Positions 1 to 9,403 of a stretch of 64,000 nucleotides of DNA are shown here, piece by piece. The notes beneath the pieces were generated by a model. It saw nothing but the letters and a program-made list of their open reading frames with translations. It was not told the DNA's origin and made no database searches. Source of the stretch: a bacterium (lineage in GTDB: Bacteria; Patescibacteriota; Dojkabacteria; SC72); NCBI GenBank assembly GCA_021463465.1, contig JAJTYH010000002.1, forward strand, positions 73,799-137,798. The letters run 5' to 3'. The stretch's first letter is position 1, and each line of letters begins with the position of its first letter. Made by a program: the position numbers and the translations under genes.

Positions 1-1
1 G

Positions 2-88
2 GGGTCGGTGGTGGAAGGAAGTAAAGGAGGAACTCTACAACCTCTAAAGGTATACCCACCTCACTGAGATATATACTTATATATAGGT
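2..88 (+). repeat. Intergenic imperfect direct repeat, copy 1
   Basis: Ungapped manual alignment to 4491-4577 gives about 66/87 identities; contains a GGTATACC palindrome. Confidence 0.8.
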
Positions 89-128
89 TTTACTTTGCTA
101 ATAAGGCATACAGTGGGATAATACAACA

Positions 129-1088
129 ATGATATATTATATCTACAATCTGGAATTCCCACAGAATAGAGATGAAATACTAGTTGGAGGTTATAAAGTA
201 CAAAAACTTCCTAATTACAATGACCATAGGAAAAAGCTCATGTGGCTAACAAATGTTTCAGACATGGACGGAGAAGTGCATCGAAACACTGGTATCAATG
301 AGCCTACAGCAATTGTTCATGGAATTGGATTGAAGTCCAAATACTTTAAAGGAAAAACACTACTCGAGGACATTTGTTTGCTTCTTACCATATTCACAGG
401 ACGAAATGTTTTTGCTCTAGATCAAAATACATATTTTAGGCAGCTTCCTATACTTGCCGATCCAAGGCTTCACCATTATGGGGGAGTATTGCATTGTTCA
501 CTAAGATACCAAGAAGAAGCTTATAACGAAGAGACCCTCGAAGCAATTACTGAAGCTGAACGAAACAACGATAATCTACTTTGGAATGTGCGCGAAATCG
601 GATTCGAAACAGAAATCAACAAAATACTGCGTCTAATTTATTCAAAAAGGTGGAGAAAAAAATATAAAGGAGGGTATTTTATCTTATTAATGAGACAGGC
701 ACTTAAAAGGATGGATTTAGAACCAACATTTCAACTGTGTTGGACTATTTGGGAACATATATACGCCGTACTAAACCCAAAAGGACTAACACAAGATAAA
801 TTGGAGAAAGTAGCTGGGAAAGATAAAATATCATATCTACTTAAAGAATACTTTAATATCAATTTAAGAAGTGAATCACATAGAGAACTCACTCGAATAA
901 ATAAAGCGAGAAATTCACTTGTACATTTTGGAAGAATTACAAACAATACTAATTATAAGGAAATTGACTTATTTATACGGATGACAGAGTTTTTAGTTGC
1001 TAAAACATTAAAGTTGAATCCATCGAACGTATTTAACACGAATGAAAAAATGTATGACTTTCTAAGACTCAGAGTCCAAAGTAATTAA
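129..1088 (+). CDS. HEPN-domain protein (ApeA-like putative anti-phage RNase)
   Basis: 319-aa ORF with C-terminal RxxxxH motif (RNSLVH) in a helical context; defence-island location. Confidence 0.65.
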   Translation: MIYYIYNLEFPQNRDEILVGGYKVQKLPNYNDHRKKLMWLTNVSDMDGEVHRNTGINEPTAIVHGIGLKSKYFKGKTLLEDICLLLTIFTGRNVFALDQNTYFRQLPILADPRLHHYGGVLHCSLRYQEEAYNEETLEAITEAERNNDNLLWNVREIGFETEINKILRLIYSKRWRKKYKGGYFILLMRQALKRMDLEPTFQLCWTIWEHIYAVLNPKGLTQDKLEKVAGKDKISYLLKEYFNINLRSESHRELTRINKARNSLVHFGRITNNTNYKEIDLFIRMTEFLVAKTLKLNPSNVFNTNEKMYDFLRLRVQSN

Positions 1089-1108
1089 GGTATACCCATC
1101 TAAAAGAT

Positions 1109-1774
1109 TTAGGAGGATTTTAGTAGATTACCCAGTACCACTAAACGCTTCTCAGCATTTGGCATATCTAAATCCAGTGATTCTACTTCTTGTAGTAATT
1201 TCCTGAAATAAAGAGATACAGAGAAAAGCTCTAACTCACTAAATTCTGAGGGTGTGTAAGCTAAGTTCATATCCTCGACTTTGATTTTTGAGAATGGAGT
1301 AACTCCATCTGTAGATATTGGCATCCAGTAAATAAGCAGTGGCAGAAGAGTGTATTCAGAGTATATCTTAGGTTTATTCATTTTCTCCAAAACCTTTTCA
1401 GCCTGATAGAATGAGCCTTTGATCTGGTTTTTAAGGTTTATCTCCACTACTGCACTAACCATACTATCTTCAGCTAAAGCGGGTAGTCTTATGCCATTCT
1501 TAGCTGTAGAAGACCAGTTCTTAATTTCAGTCTGGTAAATAATCTTATTATCGTTATCGACAATCCATCTATCAAGCCGATGTCCCCGCAATGTACCCTT
1601 GCTAACAGGCAAATCTAACACGATACAATTGGTATTTTTATTTTTTGAATTAATGTAATGTGCAAATGAAGAGGCACATAAATCCTCCCCAATTACTCCA
1701 ATAATTGCCGAAGCGTGACCAACTTCAGTAGGATCATCAAAGAACTTTAAACTTTCTAATATATTTATCCTCAT
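1109..1774 (-). CDS. PD-(D/E)XK-family nuclease, restriction-endonuclease-like
   Basis: GE...LDRWIVD...QTEIKNW fits the E...D...ExK catalytic pattern. Confidence 0.6.
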   Translation of the reverse strand: MRINILESLKFFDDPTEVGHASAIIGVIGEDLCASSFAHYINSKNKNTNCIVLDLPVSKGTLRGHRLDRWIVDNDNKIIYQTEIKNWSSTAKNGIRLPALAEDSMVSAVVEINLKNQIKGSFYQAEKVLEKMNKPKIYSEYTLLPLLIYWMPISTDGVTPFSKIKVEDMNLAYTPSEFSELELFSVSLYFRKLLQEVESLDLDMPNAEKRLVVLGNLLKSS

Positions 1775-1869
1775 AAATATGCTTTGTTGTTAATGAATAA
1801 TTAGATATACTATATCATGTATAACTCAGGGATTTGATCTTTACAATTTTATAGAGTAAAATAGAACCT

Positions 1870-3150
1870 GTGAAAACCATGAATAAAAATCAGATTAATA
1901 TAATAGACTTGTTCGCTGGAGTAGGTGGCTTCAGAGTCGCTTTCCAAAAAGCCAACAAGAATCTCAAAGGAGAAATTTTCAAAGTAGTTTGGGGTAACCA
2001 GTGGGAGCCAGGAAAAAAAGTACAATATGCGGCTGAAATATATAAACGACAGTTTGGAGAAGCAGGATTTGTTAATGAAGATATCGCTAAAGTAAAAACA
2101 GAAGATATTCCAAATCACGATTTAATGGTAGGAGGTTTCCCATGCCAAGACTATTCAGTCGCAACAACAAAGAAACTTTCGGGAGGAATTGAAGGGAAAA
2201 AAGGAGTTCTCTGGTGGCAAATAGAAAGAATAATTAGAGAGAAGGGTAAAGATAGTCCAGAGTTTTTACTTTTCGAGAATGTAGATAGACTAATCAGCTC
2301 ACCTGCCAAACAAAGAGGAAGAGATTTTGCAATAATGCTTGCGTGTCTTGATATGCTTGGATATATGGTTGAATGGAGAGTTATAGATGCAAGTGAATAC
2401 GGATTTCCGCAAAGAAGAAAAAGAATATATTTTGTAGGATATAAAAAGAATTCCAAAATATATAAATCTTTTAAAGGTAATCATGAAGACTGGTTACTAA
2501 ATACAGGAACTTTCGCGAAAGGATTCCCTTCAAAAAGGAAGGAAGGGACAGTAACGGTTATAGAGTTAATAAAAGATAGAACTAAGGAATACTCAAAAGT
2601 CATTAAAGACGTAAGTGACAATTTCAACAAAGGTGGCAAGACAACACCTTTCAGAAAAACAGGAGTGATTCTTGACGGTAAAATCTATACGATGGATGTA
2701 ATACCAAACTACAAAGGAAAGAAAACCACGCTTGGCGATATACTTATAGACGAAAAAGATGTCCCTCAAGAATACTTCATACCAAAGGAAGATTTAGAGA
2801 AGTGGAAATATCTTAAGGGAGCCAAAAGAGAAAAGAGAATCCAGAAAGCAACAGGCTTTGAATATAATTACAGTGAAGGAGCTATAACCTATCCAGATGC
2901 ATTAGAAAGGCCATCAAGGACAATTATTACGGGAGAGGGAGGCAAAGGCCCATCTAGGTTCAAACATGTAGTTAAAACACTTTCTGGAAGACTAAGACGA
3001 CTTACACCAATGGAACTTGAAAGATTGGACATGTTCCCAGATAATCATACCGACGGTTATTCACCTCAAACTAGAGCATTCTTAATGGGAAATGCTTTAG
3101 TGGTTGGTGTAATTCAAAAAATTGCAGAATCACTTTATGAGAAAATGTAA
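1870..3150 (+). CDS. C5-cytosine DNA methyltransferase, M.Sau3AI-like
   Basis: Motifs DLFAGVGG, GGFPCQDYS, ENVDRL, QRRKR, MGNAL. The WGNQWEP and TIITGEGG segments are typical of Sau3AI-type MTases. Confidence 0.93.
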   Translation: MKTMNKNQINIIDLFAGVGGFRVAFQKANKNLKGEIFKVVWGNQWEPGKKVQYAAEIYKRQFGEAGFVNEDIAKVKTEDIPNHDLMVGGFPCQDYSVATTKKLSGGIEGKKGVLWWQIERIIREKGKDSPEFLLFENVDRLISSPAKQRGRDFAIMLACLDMLGYMVEWRVIDASEYGFPQRRKRIYFVGYKKNSKIYKSFKGNHEDWLLNTGTFAKGFPSKRKEGTVTVIELIKDRTKEYSKVIKDVSDNFNKGGKTTPFRKTGVILDGKIYTMDVIPNYKGKKTTLGDILIDEKDVPQEYFIPKEDLEKWKYLKGAKREKRIQKATGFEYNYSEGAITYPDALERPSRTIITGEGGKGPSRFKHVVKTLSGRLRRLTPMELERLDMFPDNHTDGYSPQTRAFLMGNALVVGVIQKIAESLYEKM

Positions 3151-4489
3151 ATTTGGGGAGTATGACGAAAAGTCAAAAGAATCAATCTTTAAGTATGCGA
3201 CTTTACTAAAAGATAAATCACTTCTAGATTTATATCCTGAAGAAATAAAAAAACTTCCAGAGAAATCAACGGACTATAAAGGGAAAGGGGATATTGGAAC
3301 TATGGTCGAGTATCTACATTTCAATTACCAACCCAATAGCAATGCGGAACCAGATTTTAAAGATGCTAATCTTGAACTAAAAACAACTCCATTAAAAGTA
3401 TCAAACTAAAAATATGTTTCGAAGGAAAGGCTTGTTTTAGGTATGATTGACTATTTCCAAATAACAAAAGAGCAGTTTGAAAAATCTTCATTCCTAAAAA
3501 AGAATGCTTCCTTACTATTACTTTTTTATCTTTATGAGAAAGGACAAGACCTAGCTCAAATCTTCAAACTTATTAAATTGTGGGATATACCACAGTCTGA
3601 CCTTAAGATTATTAAACAGGATTGGACAACGATTTACACCAAGATAAAGAGCGGATTAGCACATGAACTATCTGGCGGTGATACATTATACCTTGAGGCA
3701 GCCAGAAAAGGAGCAGGAGGCGATAAAGATTTCACAAGACAGCCATATTCAAATGAAAAAGCAAAACGACGAGCATTTGCATTTAAGAGTAAGTATGTAA
3801 ACCAAATTATTGACTCTGATAAGGACTTCATTTCTGCTATTGATGATACATTCGAACTGTCAAAACAAACTTTTGAAGAGTATGTCATTGAGAAATTTAA
3901 ACCATTTGTCGGAATGTCTATAAATGAGATATCTGATAAATTTGGACTTAGTTACTCAGCAAAGAAAAAAGATATTGTTGCAGCAATTTCGAGAGCAATT
4001 TTGGGAGTTCCAGAACAAAGTAGAATAGCAGAGTTTGAAAAAGCGGATATTCTAATGAAGACAGTTACTCTTGAGAATAACGGAACACTAAAGGAGAGTA
4101 TGTCATTCCAAAGGATTGATTACTATGAAATAGTGAATGAAGAAGAGTGGGAGGAATCTGCTTTCTACCAAAGAGTTATAAATAGAAAGTTCTTCCTTGT
4201 AGTATTTAAAAAGGACGAGAAAGGAACTAAGCGACTATTTAAAGTAATGTTCTGGAGCATGCCAGAGAGATTAAGACAGCTAGCAGAACAGTATTGGAAC
4301 GATGTAAAAGAGAAAACCGAAGCAGGCGATATGGAAAACTTTTGGAAATTAAAAGACAAGAAAGGTTTTCATGTAAGACCAAAAGCACGAGATTCAAAGG
4401 ATACGACAACATTAAGGGATGGTACTGCGGCTCCAAAGTTAGGTTACTGGATTAACTCGGAAGAGATTAAGAAAGTAATATTAGGCTAA
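3137..4489 (+). pseudogene. Sau3AI/MutH-family type II restriction endonuclease interrupted by an in-frame TAA (3407-3409)
   Basis: ORFs 3122-3409 and 3443-4489 share a frame. Reading through gives PDF...ELKTTPLKVSN*KYVSKERLVLGMIDY, the conserved Sau3AI/MutH segment; downstream motifs are ELSGGDTLYLEA, KESMSF and HVRPKARD. Confidence 0.88.
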
Positions 4490-4490
4490 T

Positions 4491-4577
4491 GGGACAGTGG
4501 AGGAAGGAAGCAAAGGCGGGACTAAACAATTTTTAAGGGTATACCTACCTTACGGATACATATATTTATTTCTACGT
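4491..4577 (+). repeat. Intergenic imperfect direct repeat, copy 2
   Basis: Matches 2-88; begins immediately after the REase stop codon. Confidence 0.8.
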
Positions 4578-4620
4578 ACTTTAGAGGTAAAATCAGGAAT
4601 TGACATAATAGTTTCTTTTA

Positions 4621-5385
4621 ATGGTTAAAACAGAATTAATTAAGATAGTTTATTTTGATGAATCGTCTGCAATCGACTATTTGGAAATTTCAAACAAAGG
4701 GAGGCAAATAAGCGAAAAAACAACAGCATCAAGTAAACAGGGGAAAATAGGAGCGACGGCTGGCGCGAGTATTGGAACGAATAGTTTACTTACAAAGATA
4801 ATCAGCCCACTCCTGAGTCTAGATGTAAGTGCGGAAAGTTCCACTAAACTGGCCATGATTGGAGAATCTGTAGTAAAAACATCAATATCTAATACCCTTC
4901 TATCCGATTATATCGAGAAAGCTGAAAAAGATCGCCGATTAACAATCCTCACTGATTATACAATTTCCACAACAACAGAATCTTTTTCCTACATTAAAAT
5001 GGCTGCTCCTTATTTCAAATTATTTAATCTACCTGAAAGTAAGATTAATATTGATGCGCTAGATCAAATATTAGAAGCCGGGAAAGGATACTACGAGTTA
5101 GTGGCAAACAATATTTCTCAAAACGATACAAAAATACTTAGATTTAATATTCGGGCATTCAGAAATAACTATCATCTAGTTGACCTCACAAAGATGAAAA
5201 TTAAGATATACGGTGTCAAAGTAGGGGAAGCGACTTTAGAATCAGTAAAAGCTGGTCAAGAGTTTAATGTTGCTCCAGCCGAAGTCCCAACATTAGCTGA
5301 CATCGTAAATGGTGAGAATCAATCATCAAAAGCATTCGACCTAATAGATGTTGTACTTGTTGGTGTAAGCCATGGAGAAAATTAA
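4621..5385 (+). CDS. DUF6414-like protein (Dodola DolA-like)
   Basis: N-terminal KIVYFDE..AIDYL signature; overlaps the downstream ClpB-like ATPase. Confidence 0.7.
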   Translation: MVKTELIKIVYFDESSAIDYLEISNKGRQISEKTTASSKQGKIGATAGASIGTNSLLTKIISPLLSLDVSAESSTKLAMIGESVVKTSISNTLLSDYIEKAEKDRRLTILTDYTISTTTESFSYIKMAAPYFKLFNLPESKINIDALDQILEAGKGYYELVANNISQNDTKILRFNIRAFRNNYHLVDLTKMKIKIYGVKVGEATLESVKAGQEFNVAPAEVPTLADIVNGENQSSKAFDLIDVVLVGVSHGEN

Positions 5386-6505
5386 AACAATAAAAATTTA
5401 TATTGGCTCCAAGGGTGGATTTACTGAATTCGTAAAAAAACATCTTGGTGAAAGTCCATACAAAGATCTTACAGGGCTACTATACATTCATGACGCGTAC
5501 TCTCGAACAATTACCGTTAAACAAGATAATAGCGATGATAAAACAGACATATCTCACCAAATTCCAACCTTTAATAACCTGGTAATAAATGCTGATGAAT
5601 ATAGTGGTGTTAATGAGCTGCTTTTGTTTAATATTGAGCGTTACATAGAGCTATTTCAAATCGAAACTCTCATAGTTCATAATCCCCCAAAGCTCTTAGA
5701 AAGCAATTTAAGGAGGGCCTATAAAGAGAAGATAGAGACTGAAACTCAAAAATATAAGGAATTTAGCAGTCGAGATTTAACTAAATTGTTATCTCGTTTG
5801 AAAGACGCTGTATTAGGTCAAGAAACCGCAATTCAAAAACTTGTTACTTCAATTTATACACTTACCAGAGATAAGGAAGCCACCAAACCAATAGTATTAC
5901 TCCTTTACGGCCCTTCTGGAGTTGGGAAAACAGAATCCGCTAAAATAATTGCGGACTCATTGGGTGAAAACCTTTTCAGAAAGCAGCTTTCTATGTTTCA
6001 GAACAGCGAATTTATTACTTACTTATTTGGCGGGAAACATTATGAGAAAAGCCTTGCCAGAGATCTTGTTGAAAGAGAAAGCAACGTTATTCTTTTAGAT
6101 GAATTCGACAAGGCTAACCTGGTAGCTCATTCTGCGTTCTATCAGCTATTTGACGAAGGTGTTTTTGAGGATAAGAATTATAACGTAAACTTAACACGAT
6201 CGATAATACTATGTACATCAAACTTTACTAGTACAGAGACAATCCGAAAAGAGTTAGGTGAGCCAATTTTCTCTAGATTCGATGGTCACATTGAATACAA
6301 GCCACTTGATTCTGCATCAATGAAACTGATAATAGAAAAAATAATTGATGAGGAGTTACTAAAAATCAAAGATAATGATTATGAGAAAACGGAAATTTTA
6401 AGTATGTTTGAGCCCTATCTAACAAAACTGTCAAATGCAAGACTTGCTAAAAATTTAGTCAGAGAATACTTTTCGACCGAACTTTTCAAAAAAATAACTT
6501 CATAA
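5372..6505 (+). CDS. ClpB-D2-like AAA+ ATPase (Dodola DolB-like)
   Basis: VLGQETA, Walker A GPSGVGKT, Walker B ILLDEFDK, FYQLFDEG, CTSN. Confidence 0.8.
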   Translation: MEKIKTIKIYIGSKGGFTEFVKKHLGESPYKDLTGLLYIHDAYSRTITVKQDNSDDKTDISHQIPTFNNLVINADEYSGVNELLLFNIERYIELFQIETLIVHNPPKLLESNLRRAYKEKIETETQKYKEFSSRDLTKLLSRLKDAVLGQETAIQKLVTSIYTLTRDKEATKPIVLLLYGPSGVGKTESAKIIADSLGENLFRKQLSMFQNSEFITYLFGGKHYEKSLARDLVERESNVILLDEFDKANLVAHSAFYQLFDEGVFEDKNYNVNLTRSIILCTSNFTSTETIRKELGEPIFSRFDGHIEYKPLDSASMKLIIEKIIDEELLKIKDNDYEKTEILSMFEPYLTKLSNARLAKNLVREYFSTELFKKITS

Positions 6506-6521
6506 AGAAAGTCCAAGCTAT

Positions 6522-7517
6522 CTAAGAGGCAATGGGCAGGGATTCGCCTTCTTCATGAACATAAAGAGATCTTACAGAGAGGTATTCTAAGTAAATCTCA
6601 TTATTTATCAGTGAGATATTTTTCTTAATTAATGAATCATAAAATGCTTTAATATCAGGATCATCACCAATACTATGAACCTGATCATTCTCAATATAAG
6701 CTTTCAATAAAGTATTTAATTGTGTGGATGTGAATTCTTCAATAGCTGAAAGCCTCGCGACGCATTCGTGGGTATATTTGAACATTCCCGAAAGTCTCAA
6801 ATTTTCAATAAGAAAGTCTTTCTCAAGCTCAGCGGCTAGTTTTACATCAGGGTAATGAGCCCTGAAGAAATCAGATATTCTAGAATAAAAATGTATCTCC
6901 GATTTCTTATCACGATTCCATTCGTTTAACAGGTACTGTGAGAAGCCTACGGTCTTAACAGGAGATAGATAATCCCCATCTTCGGTAATAAAGTACAAAT
7001 CCTGATTCGCAGGAACACCTTCCTTTAACGCTTCCCAGTTAACAGCATCACCATACGAGCCATTTTTACCGGGCGGATTGCCTAGTTTTACACGAATTTG
7101 AGCTCTATGATATATGTTATTATTTGTAGGAATTACCTTTGAGACTTTGAATAACTCCTTGATTATTGAATCTGCGTTGAAACCATTTGTCTTTACCTTC
7201 TCATATGTCTCGTTTAAAACTTCATTCTGGGCTTCCTCATACTGTTTAACGGAATCTTTTAACTTTTTGTAAAGCATTGGATTTTCACGACATATCTGGG
7301 GAAACCTTTTCGGTATTGGATTGCTTACCCAAGTTTTCAATGAATCTGCAATTTTCTCTTCACGATTACGATTGAACTCGTCAATAACCTGATTTGGAAC
7401 AAATAGTGTCATCTTCCGATTCTTGATTGCAACTATTAGTTTTTTCAATTCCTCCAAATCTTCATCACTATAATGAAAGAATGTAAGATAAACGTTTGTA
7501 TCTATAAATATATTCAT
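6522..7517 (-). CDS. PIN-domain protein (DUF4935/PIN_8-like)
   Basis: IFIDTNV, V.DEF.RNR, NPPG...GDA.NWE and FITEDGDY acidic PIN motifs. Confidence 0.8.
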   Translation of the reverse strand: MNIFIDTNVYLTFFHYSDEDLEELKKLIVAIKNRKMTLFVPNQVIDEFNRNREEKIADSLKTWVSNPIPKRFPQICRENPMLYKKLKDSVKQYEEAQNEVLNETYEKVKTNGFNADSIIKELFKVSKVIPTNNNIYHRAQIRVKLGNPPGKNGSYGDAVNWEALKEGVPANQDLYFITEDGDYLSPVKTVGFSQYLLNEWNRDKKSEIHFYSRISDFFRAHYPDVKLAAELEKDFLIENLRLSGMFKYTHECVARLSAIEEFTSTQLNTLLKAYIENDQVHSIGDDPDIKAFYDSLIKKNISLINNEIYLEYLSVRSLYVHEEGESLPIAS

Positions 7518-7545
7518 TCCCTTAACAGTTACAGTTGGTTTACGC

Positions 7546-7551
7546 TATAAT
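7546..7551 (+). promoter_or_regulatory. -10 box (TATAAT) upstream of structured RNA copy 1
   Basis: Perfect TATAAT at the equivalent position in both RNA copies. Confidence 0.6.
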
Positions 7552-7557
7552 TATACC

Positions 7558-7708
7558 GCATTACCTAAACCTAGTAATAGGCATGGTGATAAAAATTGAA
7601 TCCACGACGAATAACGCGGCTCTCCGGCCGGTCCATTCGTCGTGGTCTATATCTCGAAAGGGATATGGGGGTTCCGAAAGGAACTCGCTGGTTCGGAGGG
7701 CCACTTTT
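7558..7708 (+). ncRNA. Unassigned structured RNA motif, copy 1
   Basis: Receptor hairpin 7564-7586; 11-bp stem 7602-7612/7635-7645; two GAAA hairpins 7647-7668 and 7669-7686; pseudoknot 7618-7629 with 7690-7702. Covaries with copy 2. Confidence 0.8.
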
Positions 7709-7743
7709 GTTATACCTCCAGAGATAAAATAAATCAGATAAAC

Positions 7744-8448
7744 ATGCAAAAGTATACAGTTACAACTCTAAAAGAGGAGCTAGTAAAAATAATAATTGAA
7801 ACACCGTTACAAGAGGTGTATTGGGAAACAATCGGCTATTCAGAAAGACCTAAACCAGGATCGCTTATCTCAGATTTATTCAAGCTATTAGTAGGTAAAA
7901 AGTCTCTCAGGGAGCAGAAACTTTACAACTTCATTTTCCTTGAACTCATCATTTTAGCCATCTTTGATATCGCAGTCTGGTTTGAGAAAAGAAACCGTGA
8001 CTATCTATTTAACGCAGTTTTTATAGCGATTCTAGTCACCGAAATATCATCGATCATGTCACAAGATCAATTAAGAGGTTCTTTCTTTAAAGGCATCCGT
8101 GAGGCTATTGAATACATATCATTAGGGTTTAACAGCTATAAGCACAACGATCCTATAAATGCGTTTAGCAAACGTCTAGAAAATATACAAAGCGAATCAG
8201 AAGCTTCAGATCAAAAGATAGAAAGTATTCGAAATGGCTTTAAAAACTTATTTCAAACACCCACAACACTTAGTGGAAAAAGTCTTTTGCTAAGCTACCC
8301 TGATTTGGATGCCCACTTCTTTAAATATTATGAGAAAGAACAGTTTGATTTATCAAATGACAGCCCTACAGAGAACCCGATAGGAAAGGGGTTCAATCGT
8401 GATGATCTGAAATTCGCTACAGAAATGCTATTTTATAAGAAGAAATAA
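7744..8448 (+). CDS. Hypothetical protein
   Basis: The ATG at 7744 is preferred because the upstream GTG lies within the RNA motif; no recognisable motif. Confidence 0.6.
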   Translation: MQKYTVTTLKEELVKIIIETPLQEVYWETIGYSERPKPGSLISDLFKLLVGKKSLREQKLYNFIFLELIILAIFDIAVWFEKRNRDYLFNAVFIAILVTEISSIMSQDQLRGSFFKGIREAIEYISLGFNSYKHNDPINAFSKRLENIQSESEASDQKIESIRNGFKNLFQTPTTLSGKSLLLSYPDLDAHFFKYYEKEQFDLSNDSPTENPIGKGFNRDDLKFATEMLFYKKK

Positions 8449-8464
8449 ATCGTATTACAAAAGG

Positions 8465-9403
8465 ATGAAATCAAAAATAGTGGGTTCAATATTTGCTCAC
8501 GCCAGTGGAGATTACCTTGGTATGCCCGTTGAATTTGCTTCTACACCCGCACAGGTACAGGATTTCTTCGGTAGTGAAGGCATAAGACCTATTGATACTA
8601 ATAGCAGGGGAACGAAACCAGCTGGTTACTATACTGATGACACGGCTATGATGCTGTGTTTAGCCCAGAGTCTCATAGACAAAGGATTCGATACCTTAGA
8701 TCAATTCCAGAAATATAAGAAGTGGGCTTTTGAAGGATATATGTCTGCTGATGGAAAGACTTCTTTTGGAATAGGACAGAATACATTAAGGAAACTAATG
8801 TGGCAGAAGCCGGAAGAAATACCTACAGCAATTCATAGCAACGATAAAGAAGGTGGAAACGGAGCATTAATGAGATGCCTTCCTATTGGACTCATATACC
8901 ATAACAATACTGATGATGTAGTTGATAAGAGTATAAAATCAGCACTTGTTACGCACAACAATACCATTGCGGTTTGGACTACAGTTGTATTCAATACACT
9001 CATAACATACTGCCTGCATAATATTGAGAAAGAGGGGTTTGTATCAAAACTCGCAACAGAGCCCTACTATAAAAATATCCCCGCTGAAATAAAGAAAGTG
9101 CTGGATAGACTAGGTAATCTAAAAACGGAGGAGCTCAAGACCAGTGGATACTCACTTAATACCTTGGAGGTCGCTCTGCATTCATTTTTCAGCTCTGATA
9201 GTCTGGAAGCTGCTATCAAGGCATCAATTGGTTTTGGAGGCGATACAGATACTCAAGGGGCGGTCACAGGAGGTCTTGCTGGAGCATATTACGGTTATGA
9301 AGCAATTCCAAAAGAATGGACAGCTCACTTATTAAATAAAGAATTGATGCAAGAGATCTCAGATAAGATAGCCTCGATATCACTTAGCACACCTAATACA
9401 TAG
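8465..9403 (+). CDS. ADP-ribosylglycohydrolase (DraG/ARH family)
   Basis: GDYLGMPVEF, YTDDT, GNGALMR, VTH and GGDTDT motifs. Confidence 0.92.
   Translation: MKSKIVGSIFAHASGDYLGMPVEFASTPAQVQDFFGSEGIRPIDTNSRGTKPAGYYTDDTAMMLCLAQSLIDKGFDTLDQFQKYKKWAFEGYMSADGKTSFGIGQNTLRKLMWQKPEEIPTAIHSNDKEGGNGALMRCLPIGLIYHNNTDDVVDKSIKSALVTHNNTIAVWTTVVFNTLITYCLHNIEKEGFVSKLATEPYYKNIPAEIKKVLDRLGNLKTEELKTSGYSLNTLEVALHSFFSSDSLEAAIKASIGFGGDTDTQGAVTGGLAGAYYGYEAIPKEWTAHLLNKELMQEISDKIASISLSTPNT

Noticed and set aside
7558-7708. Assignment of the RNA to c-di-GMP-I, HDV-like, hammerhead, pistol or twister families
   Set aside because: It shares fragments (CCUAAAC, GAAA loops) with c-di-GMP-I but in a different order. There is no CUGAUGA core and no room for an HDV P3/L3. 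A cmscan is still needed.
7535-7749. ORFs 7535-7732, 7561-7749 and the GTG start at 7642
   Set aside because: They overlap the GC-rich RNA motif, whose conservation with copy 2 is structural rather than codon-based.
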